DNA of 61,591 bases from Solirubrobacterales bacterium (lineage in GTDB: Bacteria > Actinomycetota > Thermoleophilia > Solirubrobacterales > 70-9), in the NCBI GenBank assembly GCA_035996525.1, contig DASYJK010000100.1, positions 1-61,591 of the forward strand, written 5' to 3'. A program made the translations under genes and the position numbers. The notes under the pieces are model-generated. The model worked only from the letters and a program-made list of their open reading frames with translations, made no database searches and was not told the DNA's origin. Shown here piece after piece: positions 10,594 through 19,207 of this stretch (positions within the stretch are counted from its first letter, which is position 1; every line of letters begins with the position of its first letter).

Positions 10594-11753
10594 TCGAGGG
10601 CGTCTTCCGCCGCGAGTGGGGGCGGGTCCTCGCCACCCTGATCGGCTTCCTCGGCGATTTCGACCTCGCCGAGGAAGTCACTCAGTCCGCATTTGCGACC
10701 GCCGCGGAGCGTTGGCCGCGAACCGGCGAGCCCGAGAACCCCCGCGCCTGGCTGATCGCGACCGCCCGCAACCTGGCGATCGATCGAATCCGCCGCGAGC
10801 GCACCCTCGCCGCCAAGACCCGCCTGCTGGAGGTGCCGGAACAGATGGACGCAGAGCCCGTGGACATCGCCTTCCCCGACGAGCGGCTCGAGCTGATCTT
10901 CACCTGCTGCCACCCGGCGCTCGGGACCGAGGCGCAGGTGGCGCTGGCGCTGCGCACGCTCGGCGGGCTGAGCACGGCCGAGATCGCCCGCGCCTTCCTG
11001 GTCTCTGAGCCGACGATGTCGAAGCGGCTGATCCGCGCCAAAGCGAAGATCCGCGATGCCGGGATCCCCTTCCGGGTGCCGCCCGCCCATCTCCTGCCCG
11101 ACCGGCTGGCGATGGTGCTCGGGGTCGTCTACCTGATCTTCAACGAGGGCTACGGCGGGCGCAACGAGCTCGCGGCCGAGGCGATCTGGCTCGGCGGGGC
11201 GCTGGTCGAACTGATGCCCGACGAGCCCGAAGCCCAGGCTCTGCTGGCCCTGATGACCTTGCACGACGCCCGCCGCGATGCCCGCTTCGCCGACGGCTCC
11301 CTGGTCTTGCTGGGGGACCAAGACCGGTCGCTGTGGGACCGCGGGCAGATCGAGCGCGGACGCGCCTCCCTCGACCGGGCGATCGCACTCGGCGGCAGGG
11401 GCCAGTACTCGCTCGAGGCCGCGATCGCCTCCCTCCACCTCGGGGATCCACCCGACTGGCCGCAGATCGCCGCCCTCTACGGCCAGCTGTACTCGCTGAC
11501 CGGCTCGGCGGTGGTCGAGCTGAACCGGGCGGTGGCGATCGCGGAGGCCGGAGACGCCGCGGCCGGGCTCGCCGCGCTGGAGCCGCTCGAGCTGGAGCGC
11601 TACCACCACTTCCACGCGGCCCGGGCGGAGCTCCTGCGCCGGCTCGGCCGCGAGCAGGAGTCCCGTGCCGCCTACGACCTTGCCTTACGGCTGGTCCACT
11701 CCGACCCCGAGCGGACCTTTCTGGAGCGCCGCCGCGGTGAACTCGGCCCCTGA
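10590..11753 (+). CDS. Sigma-70 family ECF-like factor of the COG4941 class (sigma regions 2 and 4 + C-terminal helical-repeat domain); start non-canonical
   Basis: Region 2 (FRREWGRVLATLIGFLGDFDLAEEVTQSAF...NPRAWLIATARNLAIDRIRR) lies upstream of listed ORF 10833..11753 in the same frame with no ATG/GTG/TTG; CTG 10590 overlaps YciI stop. Region 4 LSTAEIARAFLVSEPTMSKRLIRAK. Confidence 0.75.
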   Translation: MIEGVFRREWGRVLATLIGFLGDFDLAEEVTQSAFATAAERWPRTGEPENPRAWLIATARNLAIDRIRRERTLAAKTRLLEVPEQMDAEPVDIAFPDERLELIFTCCHPALGTEAQVALALRTLGGLSTAEIARAFLVSEPTMSKRLIRAKAKIRDAGIPFRVPPAHLLPDRLAMVLGVVYLIFNEGYGGRNELAAEAIWLGGALVELMPDEPEAQALLALMTLHDARRDARFADGSLVLLGDQDRSLWDRGQIERGRASLDRAIALGGRGQYSLEAAIASLHLGDPPDWPQIAALYGQLYSLTGSAVVELNRAVAIAEAGDAAAGLAALEPLELERYHHFHAARAELLRRLGREQESRAAYDLALRLVHSDPERTFLERRRGELGP

Positions 11754-11793
11754 GTCGGCGCGCGCCGAAGCAATGGCGCCGGGAGCAGCTCCG

Positions 11794-13686
11794 CTAAACC
11801 GCGGCCGGGTCCTGCTTGGGCAGCTGCGCGACCGCGCGCTCGACGGAGCTGACGTCGCGGACGGCGCCGGTGTCGGCGGAGGTCGCCATCGCCGCGTAGG
11901 CGCGCAGGGCGGGGGAGACGGCGCGCTCGCGCGCCACCGGGGCGTAGCCGCCGGCCTCCTCCAGCTGCCCGCGGCGCTCGGCCAGCTCCTCGTGGTGCAG
12001 CTCGAGGTTGATCTCCCGGGCCGGGATGTCGATCGAGATCGTGTCTCCGTTCTGGACCAACGCGATCGCGCCGCCCGCTGCCGCCTCGGGGGAGACGTGC
12101 CCGATCGAGAGGCCGGAGGTGCCGCCGGAGAAGCGGCCGTCGGTGATCAGCGCGCACTCCTTGCCGAGCCCGAGGCCCTTGATGTAGGAGGTCGGGTAGA
12201 GCATCTCCTGCATGCCGGGGCCGCCGCGCGGGCCCTCATAGCGGATCACCATCACGTCGCCGGGCTTGACGCCGCCGCTGAGGATCAGGTCGACCGCCTG
12301 GTCCTGGGACTCGACCACGACGGCGGGCCCGCTGAAGGTCAGCAGCGACTCGTCGACGCCCGCGGTCTTGACCACGCAGCCGCGCTCGGCGAGGTTGCCA
12401 TAGAGGACCGCGAGGCCGCCTTCGGCGCTGTAGGCATGCTCGACGTCGTGGACGCAGCCCTCGGCGCGGTCGAGGTCGAGCGAGTCCCAGCGCTCGGACT
12501 GCGAGAACGCGGTCGCCGAACGCACGCAGCCGGGCGCCGCGTGGAACAGCTCGACCGCCACCTCGGACGGTTTCGGCCCGCCGACGTCCCAGGTCTCGAG
12601 CCACTCGTCCATCGTCTTCGCGTGGACGGTGCCGACGTCTTCGTTGAGCAGGCCGCCGCGGCGCAGCTCGCCGAGGATCGCCGGGATCCCGCCCGCCCGG
12701 TGCACGTCCTCCATCAGGTAGTCGCCGTTCGGCGCCACCTTGCAGATGCAGGGGACGCGGCGCGAGAGCTCGTCGATGTCGCGCATCGTGAAGTCGACCT
12801 CGCCCTCGTGGGCGGCGCTGAGCAGGTGGAGGATGGTGTTGGTCGAGCCGCCCATCGCGATGTCCATCGTCATCGCGTTCTCGAAGGCGTCGCGGGTCGC
12901 GATCGCGCGCGGCAGCACGCTCTCGTCGTCCTCGTCGTAGTAGCGCCCGGCGATCTCCACCACCACGCGCCCGGCGTCCTCGTAGAGCTGCCGGCGGGCC
13001 GTGTGCGTGGCCAGGGTCGAGCCGTTCCCCGGCAGCGCCAGGCCCAGCGCCTCGGTCAGGCAGTTCATCGAGTTGGCGGTGAACATCCCCGAGCAGGAGC
13101 CGCAGGTCGGGCAGGCAGCCTCCTCGATCCGGTCCATGTCCTCGTCGCTGACGTCGGTGGCGACGGCGTCGGCGATCGCCGTGATCAGGTTCAGCCGTTT
13201 GCGCACCGTGCCGTCGACCAGCTCGGTGGTCCCGCCCTCCATCGGGCCGCCGGAGACGAACACGGTCGGGATGTTCAGCCGCAGGGCGGCGTTGAGCATG
13301 CCCGGGGTGATCTTGTCGCAGTTGGAGATGCAGATCAGGGCGTCGGCGCAGTGGGCGTTGACCATGTACTCGACGCTGTCGCTGATCAGATCGCGCGAGG
13401 GCAGCGAGTAGAGCATGCCGCCATGGCCCATCGCGATCCCGTCGTCGACGGCGATCGTGTTGAACTCGCGGGCGATGCCGCCGGCCGCCTGGACCGCGTC
13501 ACAGACGACCTGGCCGACGGGCGCCAGGTGGGTGTGGCCGGGGACGAACTGGGTGTAGGAGTTGGCGACCGCGACGATCGGCTTCTTGCCGATGTCCTCG
13601 CGCGCGACCCCGGCCGCCCGCAGCAGCGAGCGGGCGCCGGCCATGTTGCGGCCATGGGTGACGGTGCGTGACCTCAGGTCTGGCAT
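11794..13686 (-). CDS. ilvD: Dihydroxy-acid dehydratase
   Basis: 630 aa; [29 protein letters not shown], full-length IlvD/Edd pattern. Confidence 0.95.
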   Translation of the reverse strand: MPDLRSRTVTHGRNMAGARSLLRAAGVAREDIGKKPIVAVANSYTQFVPGHTHLAPVGQVVCDAVQAAGGIAREFNTIAVDDGIAMGHGGMLYSLPSRDLISDSVEYMVNAHCADALICISNCDKITPGMLNAALRLNIPTVFVSGGPMEGGTTELVDGTVRKRLNLITAIADAVATDVSDEDMDRIEEAACPTCGSCSGMFTANSMNCLTEALGLALPGNGSTLATHTARRQLYEDAGRVVVEIAGRYYDEDDESVLPRAIATRDAFENAMTMDIAMGGSTNTILHLLSAAHEGEVDFTMRDIDELSRRVPCICKVAPNGDYLMEDVHRAGGIPAILGELRRGGLLNEDVGTVHAKTMDEWLETWDVGGPKPSEVAVELFHAAPGCVRSATAFSQSERWDSLDLDRAEGCVHDVEHAYSAEGGLAVLYGNLAERGCVVKTAGVDESLLTFSGPAVVVESQDQAVDLILSGGVKPGDVMVIRYEGPRGGPGMQEMLYPTSYIKGLGLGKECALITDGRFSGGTSGLSIGHVSPEAAAGGAIALVQNGDTISIDIPAREINLELHHEELAERRGQLEEAGGYAPVARERAVSPALRAYAAMATSADTGAVRDVSSVERAVAQLPKQDPAAV

Positions 13687-13736
13687 CTGAAGCCAAGGAT
13701 AGCCACCCGAAGCGCCCCGCTCGAGCTACCGGCCGG

Positions 13737-14513
13737 TTACTGGCCGATCGGCGTACAGGGCAGATCGTGGGTTATCTGCAGGGTCGGGCCACCGGTGAAT
13801 TGGACTTTGCCTTCGGTGTAGTAGTGGCCGGTCGGGCAGCTGGCGGTCAGGTAGCTCTGCTTCTTGCCCTTGTAGGTGAAGGAGCGTTTGATCGTCAGCT
13901 GGAATTTGGTCACCGAGCCGGCCCCGCCGGCGATCCTCGGGATCGTCGAGACCGAGTGCAGACCGAAGTGGCCGCGGTGGATGTGGGTGATCTTGACCGT
14001 GGCGACGACTGCAGTCGGCGCCGGGACGTTGACGTAGGTGTGGATGTAGAGGATCGTGGTGCCACCATGAACGCCGCCGTTGAAGAGGAGGATCGGGCCG
14101 GTGGCGCCGAACGGCGCCTGTTCGGGGAAGGCGACTTCGACTTCGGCCGTGCCGGTGCCGACGATCGCGTCGGGGCAGGCCTTTTCCGCGTCCTTGGAGG
14201 AGCGCGCCACGAGCTGGCCTTCGCTGCAGACCGGGAGGCCTTTAGCGTTGACCTGGATGTTCTGGTCGAAGTCGGCGATGACGCTGCTGATCGCGGGCGG
14301 ATGGCTGCCGTCGGTGGTCTTGATCAGGCCGTTGATGTTCGCCCCGATCGGCGCCTGTTCGTGCCTGGGCAGCTTGGTCGGGAAGATCCCGCCGTTGTCC
14401 CTGAGCATCAGGTTGCCGACCCGGACCACCTCCGGCTTGGCGAGAGCGCTCGACGCGATCGCGGCTGCGATCGCGGTCCCGATGACCGCGGCGCGAATCA
14501 GGTGCTTGCTCAT
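13737..14513 (-). CDS. Secreted hypothetical protein
   Basis: Signal peptide MSKHLIRAAVIGTAIAAAIASSALA, beta-rich body with paired Cys; no recognised domain. Confidence 0.65.
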   Translation of the reverse strand: MSKHLIRAAVIGTAIAAAIASSALAKPEVVRVGNLMLRDNGGIFPTKLPRHEQAPIGANINGLIKTTDGSHPPAISSVIADFDQNIQVNAKGLPVCSEGQLVARSSKDAEKACPDAIVGTGTAEVEVAFPEQAPFGATGPILLFNGGVHGGTTILYIHTYVNVPAPTAVVATVKITHIHRGHFGLHSVSTIPRIAGGAGSVTKFQLTIKRSFTYKGKKQSYLTASCPTGHYYTEGKVQFTGGPTLQITHDLPCTPIGQ

Positions 14514-14566
14514 TCCCTGCCCCCCACGAGCTCGTCTAGCTGACTGCTAGAATCTAAGGCAACTGT

Positions 14567-15331
14567 ATGACAACGCTAACACAGTCGAACCCGTTCGCGC
14601 TACCCCCCGAGAGCGACGTTCCGCTGGGCGTGCAGCTCGCCTGGCGCCTGCGGGCGCTGATCGTCACCGGCCGGCTGGCGGCGGGCGAGTCGCTGCCGAG
14701 CCTGCGCCGGATCGCCGACTGGGCCGGCGTCACCGTCAACACGGTGCGGGCGGCCTACGAGTCCTTGGAGGCGGACGGGTTGATCGTCAGCCAGCAGGGC
14801 CGGGGGACTTTCGTCGCCGAGGACGTCGTCTCCGAGCCGGACCTGGAGACGATCGCGCTCGAGGCCCTGCAGCGGGGACAGCGGTCCGGCCAGGACCCGA
14901 AGGACGTGGCGCTCGTGGTGATGGCCTGCGCCAACATGCTCGGCCCGGAGGAACAGCTCGCGGCGCCCGCGGCGGAGGCGGATATCGACGGCGCCGAGGA
15001 CAGCGAAACGATCGAGGTGCGGCAGGAGCTGCGCCGCCAGATTGCCCGGCTGGAGGCCGAGCTCACCGCCTATGTCAGGGATCTGCCGGAGCTGTACACC
15101 GCCACCCCGCGCGCGAAAGCGCGGATCACCGGCGTTGACGAGCTCGAGCGCACGCGCGACACCCTGATCGCGAAACTCTCGGAGGCCCAGAAGGCGGCCG
15201 AGCAGCGGGCGAGGCGGGAAGGCGAGGCGAGGCTGGAGCAGCGGGGCGCGCCCAACCAGGGACCGCTGGCGAGCGCGAAGAGCTGGTGGAGCGACTCCGC
15301 CGAGCCTCCTACGCGCAAGCGCTCGGGCTGA
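14567..15331 (+). CDS. GntR-family HTH regulator with coiled-coil C-terminus
   Basis: LPSLRRIADWAGVTVNTVRAAYESLEADGLIVSQQGRGTFV = GntR winged helix. Confidence 0.8.
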   Translation: MTTLTQSNPFALPPESDVPLGVQLAWRLRALIVTGRLAAGESLPSLRRIADWAGVTVNTVRAAYESLEADGLIVSQQGRGTFVAEDVVSEPDLETIALEALQRGQRSGQDPKDVALVVMACANMLGPEEQLAAPAAEADIDGAEDSETIEVRQELRRQIARLEAELTAYVRDLPELYTATPRAKARITGVDELERTRDTLIAKLSEAQKAAEQRARREGEARLEQRGAPNQGPLASAKSWWSDSAEPPTRKRSG

Positions 15332-15432
15332 CGAACCGCGGGGTCTAACTCGCGGCGCGTCGGCCGCCACTTTGACCGGCGGCTGTCACCGGTTTCGAAT
15401 TAAGTCGATAATCTTGATAGACTTAGACAGGA

Positions 15433-16371
15433 ATGGAGAAAGTAGACGTCCATCAGCACCTTCTCTCCGAGTCGCTGATCGCCGAGCTGGCGCGGCGCCG
15501 CCGGCCGCCGGCGCTCGTTCGCCGGCGCGAGGGGTGGACGTTTCGCGTCAGCGGGGAGCCCGACAGCATCCTCTCCTTCGATGCGACGAACGTCGCCCTG
15601 CGGAGTGTGGAGCTGCGTCGCGGAAACTTCGACCGGGCGCTGGTCGCGCTCTCGACCGCGCTTGGGATCGAGACGCTTCCGGGCGAGGAGGCCGTGCCGC
15701 TGCTGGAGGCCCACCACCTCGGCATCGAGACCCTGCCAGCCGACTTCGACGGCTGGGGTGCCGTGCAGCTGGAGGCGCCCGACCCGGCCGAGGTCGACAC
15801 GGTGATCGCCCGCGGCTGCGTGGGCATCTCGCTGCCGGCGGGCGCCCTCGCCACCCCCGACGCGCTGCGGCGGATCGCGCCGCTGCTCGCCCGGCTCGAG
15901 GCGCATGATGCCCCCCTGTTCGTCCACCCTGGCCCGGTCGCCCACCCCGACCGGGGTGGGCCCGGCGCCTCGCTGCCGCCCTGGTGGCCCGCCCTGACCG
16001 ACTACGTCGCCCAGATGCAGGCTGCCTGGTTCGCCTTCCTGCACGCCGGGCGCCGCGCCCATCCGCGCCTGAGGGTGCTGTTCGCGATGTTGGCCGGCGG
16101 CGCGCCCCTGCAGCTCGAGCGGTTCGCGGCCCGCGGCGGGGTGCCGCCGGCCGCACCTGACCCGCTGGTCTTCTACGACACCTCCTCTTACGGGCCGCGG
16201 ATGCTCGAGGCGATGATCGGCGCGGTCGGGGTGGAGCAGCTCGTCTACGGCTCCGACCGGCCCGTCGTCGACGCCGAGGCGTCACAGCTGGACGCCACGC
16301 TCAGGCAAGCGTTGCTGAGCACGAACCCCCATCGCCTGTTGACTCCCGCAGGGGAAGGAGACTTCGCGTGA
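15433..16371 (+). CDS. Amidohydrolase-2 (ACMSD-like) family metal hydrolase/decarboxylase
   Basis: N-terminal VDVHQHL metal motif, later FVHPG, YGSDRP; TIM-barrel amidohydrolase pattern. Confidence 0.7.
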   Translation: MEKVDVHQHLLSESLIAELARRRRPPALVRRREGWTFRVSGEPDSILSFDATNVALRSVELRRGNFDRALVALSTALGIETLPGEEAVPLLEAHHLGIETLPADFDGWGAVQLEAPDPAEVDTVIARGCVGISLPAGALATPDALRRIAPLLARLEAHDAPLFVHPGPVAHPDRGGPGASLPPWWPALTDYVAQMQAAWFAFLHAGRRAHPRLRVLFAMLAGGAPLQLERFAARGGVPPAAPDPLVFYDTSSYGPRMLEAMIGAVGVEQLVYGSDRPVVDAEASQLDATLRQALLSTNPHRLLTPAGEGDFA

Positions 16372-16895
16372 TCGAGCCGATCGAGCCGATCGTCCGACCG
16401 CACGGACGCGACCTCACCGACGCGGAGCTGCTCGCCGTCGCGACCCAGGTCGCGACGCGACCGGCACTCTGGCTGGCGTATGTCCAGCACGATCCGGAGC
16501 AGCGGACCTACGAGCAGCTGCTTCGAGATGACCACCTCGACGTCTGGCTGCTCTGCTGGTCGCACGACCAGGACACCGGCTTTCACGACCACGACCTCTC
16601 GGCCGGCGCGGTCGCCGTCGTCGCCGGTGGCGTGCGGGAGGAGCGACTCGTCCTCGGCAGGCCGGTGGACGCGCCGATCGGCCGCGTCGCCAAGGCCGGC
16701 TCGTCGTTCACCTTCGGAGCGAGCGACATCCACCGGGTGCTGCACGCGGGCACCGAGCCCGCCGTGACCATTCACGCTTACTCGCCGCCGCTGACCCGGA
16801 TGGGCAGCTACACGATCGAGTCGAGCGGGCAGCTTCGCCGCCAGGCCGTCTCCCACGAGCAGGAGCTGCGCCAGCTCGACGTCGCCTCGAGCTGA
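16368..16895 (+). CDS. Cysteine-dioxygenase-like cupin
   Basis: WLLCWSHDQDTGFHDHD...IHRV.H.....VTIHAYSPPL; 4-nt overlap (GTGA) with upstream amidohydrolase. Confidence 0.7.
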   Translation: MIEPIEPIVRPHGRDLTDAELLAVATQVATRPALWLAYVQHDPEQRTYEQLLRDDHLDVWLLCWSHDQDTGFHDHDLSAGAVAVVAGGVREERLVLGRPVDAPIGRVAKAGSSFTFGASDIHRVLHAGTEPAVTIHAYSPPLTRMGSYTIESSGQLRRQAVSHEQELRQLDVASS

Positions 16896-17474
16896 CTACG
16901 CGGGCCGGTAGGCGGCGACGATCACGCCGGTGGGGGTGGCGGTGGCGCTGAGCAGCCGCAGCTCGGCGAAGGGGTCGCCGCGGTCGAAGAGCCGCTGCCC
17001 GGAGCCGAGCAGAAGCGGGTGGATCATCAGCAGGTATTCGTCGATCAGCCCGCGGGGAAGCAGCGAGCGGATCAGCCGGCCGCTGCCCATGATCGCCAGG
17101 TTGCCGCCCTCCCTCTCCTTCAGCTCGGCGACGCGGGCGGGAACGTCGCCGTGGAGGAGGGTCGAGTTCGGCCACTCGAGCTGTGTGGTCGGGCTGCTCG
17201 AGACGACGTACTTGGGAGTCGCGTTGAGTCCCTCCTTGAAGGGGCCACCTTTCTCGTTCCAGGTGGCCAGCATGTCCTCGTAGCTGCGATGTCCCAGCAG
17301 CAGGCCGCCGTCCGGCTGGCCCATCCGCTCGCCAGTCGCCTCGACCAGCATCGGGTCGCTTCTTCGCGCCGCCCAGCCGCCGTGCACGAAGCCGCCGCGG
17401 GTGTCCTCGTCGGGCCGGCCGGGGCCCTGCATGACCCCGTCGAGGGTGATGTGGTTGATGACGACGATGCGCAC
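16896..17474 (-). CDS. Dihydrofolate-reductase-family (RibD C-terminal domain) protein
   Basis: MRIVVINHITLDGVMQGPG..., GGNLAIMGSGRLIRSLL..GLIDEYLLMIHPLLLGSG. Confidence 0.85.
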   Translation of the reverse strand: MRIVVINHITLDGVMQGPGRPDEDTRGGFVHGGWAARRSDPMLVEATGERMGQPDGGLLLGHRSYEDMLATWNEKGGPFKEGLNATPKYVVSSSPTTQLEWPNSTLLHGDVPARVAELKEREGGNLAIMGSGRLIRSLLPRGLIDEYLLMIHPLLLGSGQRLFDRGDPFAELRLLSATATPTGVIVAAYRPA

Positions 17475-17520
17475 GGGCCTCCAGTTACCCGGCCATGGCG
17501 GATTCAGGCACGGGGGTTCG

Positions 17521-18993
17521 CTATGGCGCGGCGGGCGGCCCGAACCAGGTGGTCAGCGCCTCGGTAAGGCCGGCGTCGATGCCTTCTCCGACCCAGGCGA
17601 CGTAGCCGTCGGGGCGGATCAGGACGGCGGTAGGGGCGGCGACCGCGCCGAGCACCGGCAGCTCCCACTCCCCCTCATAGCTCGCGTCGATCAGCTGGAT
17701 CCGGTCGGCCCAGGGCGCGATCTCGAGGCCGCCGGGCTCGCCGAGGTTGAGCAGCACCGGCCGGGCGCCGTGCAGCAGCTCGTAGACCCGCGGCGGGCCG
17801 CCGGCGCTGACGAGGTCGAGATCGGGCATCCGGCGCCCGAGCAGCGGGTGCCCCTCGCCGAGGTCGTAGTGGATGTCCAGTCCGGAGATCAGCCCGGCGA
17901 TCCGCTTGCGCGGCTCATCCATGGTCGCCAGCTCGGTGACCACGTCGACCAGGGCCCGCATGCGCTCGTCCCGGCGCTGCAGCGCGGCCTGAGCCATCGT
18001 GTGCTGGATCGCGCGGGCGGCGACCGGGTGGCGCTCCTCCTGGTAGGTGTCCAGCAGCCGCTCCGGGGAGGTCCCGTCGACCACCTGGGCCAGCTTCCAG
18101 CCCAGGTTGACCGCGTCCCCGACGCCGAGGCTGAGGCCCTGCCCACCCGCCGGGTAGTGCACGTGCGCCGAGTCGCCGGCCAGCAGCACCCGTCCCACCC
18201 GGTAGGACGCGGCCTGCCGGGTCATGTCGGTGAACCGGGAGATCCAGGTGGGGTTGTGGACCCCGAAGTCGGTTCCGTAGACCGTGATCAGCGCCTCGCT
18301 GAGATCGCCCAGGGTAGGCTCGCTGCCGGGCCCGAGCTGGCGCTCGGTGACGATCACCCGCACCGTCTTGCCGTCCTCCATCAGGTTGAGGGCGTGGATG
18401 CCGGTGGCGTCGTGCTTGATGCCCGGCGGCGGCTCCTCGGTCGTTTCTACCTCGGCGATCAGGTTGCTCCGGGTCGGGTCCCAGCCGGGGAACTCGATGC
18501 CGGCGGCCTTGCGGATGAGGCTGCGCCCGCCGTCGCAGCCAACGAGATACCGCGCTCGCAGCGACCGGTCGCCGGAGAGCTCGATGTCGACGCCGCTGCC
18601 GTCCTGCGCGAAGCCCGTCACCTCACATCCGTAATAGATCCGCACCGGCAGCTCGGCGATCCAGGCGGCCATGATCCGCTCGATCTGGTTCTGCCAGATC
18701 CCGAGCGAGTACGGATGCCGCGTCGGAAAATCGCCCATGTCCAGCACGGTCGCCGCCAGCATCGCGGCCTGAGCCGTCTTGCCCTCGGCGAGAAAGCGGT
18801 CAACGACCCCCCGCTGATCGAGGATCTCGATCGTGCGCGAGTGAAACCCGCCCGCCCGTGAGCCGGCGAGGACATGGTCCGGCCGTTTCTCGACGACCGC
18901 GACGTCGACCGCCGCCAGCGCCAGCTCGGCCGCCAGCATCATTCCCGCCGGGCCTCCGCCAGCGATCACCACCGCATGCTCGCTGATACCCAT
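17521..18993 (-). CDS. FAD-dependent aromatic-ring monooxygenase (PheA/TfdB-like) with thioredoxin-like C-terminal domain
   Basis: VVIAGGGPAGMMLAAELAL (GxGxxG), GCDGGRS, LLAGDSAHVHYPAGGQGLSLGV; ATG 18993 chosen over 19065. Confidence 0.85.
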   Translation of the reverse strand: MGISEHAVVIAGGGPAGMMLAAELALAAVDVAVVEKRPDHVLAGSRAGGFHSRTIEILDQRGVVDRFLAEGKTAQAAMLAATVLDMGDFPTRHPYSLGIWQNQIERIMAAWIAELPVRIYYGCEVTGFAQDGSGVDIELSGDRSLRARYLVGCDGGRSLIRKAAGIEFPGWDPTRSNLIAEVETTEEPPPGIKHDATGIHALNLMEDGKTVRVIVTERQLGPGSEPTLGDLSEALITVYGTDFGVHNPTWISRFTDMTRQAASYRVGRVLLAGDSAHVHYPAGGQGLSLGVGDAVNLGWKLAQVVDGTSPERLLDTYQEERHPVAARAIQHTMAQAALQRRDERMRALVDVVTELATMDEPRKRIAGLISGLDIHYDLGEGHPLLGRRMPDLDLVSAGGPPRVYELLHGARPVLLNLGEPGGLEIAPWADRIQLIDASYEGEWELPVLGAVAAPTAVLIRPDGYVAWVGEGIDAGLTEALTTWFGPPAAP

Positions 18994-19095
18994 CCAATCC
19001 CTCCCAACTCCGTGGCTTCCGGCCTCCGGCCGGGCATTGTGAGGGGTGCCCAGGGCTTGAAACAAGCCCCCCTGTCGGCTATAAATTGGGTATGG

Positions 19096-19121
19096 AAAGG
19101 GCGCTTGGCGCTCTTTTTTTT
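19096..19121. terminator. Hairpin + T8 tract (intrinsic-terminator-like, possibly bidirectional)
   Basis: aaAGGGCGC-ttg-GCGCTCTtttttttt; 7-bp stem with one G.U; lies just downstream of the minus-strand gene ending at 19208, but the long T tract is on the + strand. Confidence 0.4.
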
Positions 19122-19207
19122 CGCTCCTCTACGGCAGGTAGATGCCCGAGTCCCTGGCCAGGGTCAGCGACGAGCCGCCACGTGGACGAGCTGATCGGGA
19201 TCGCGCG

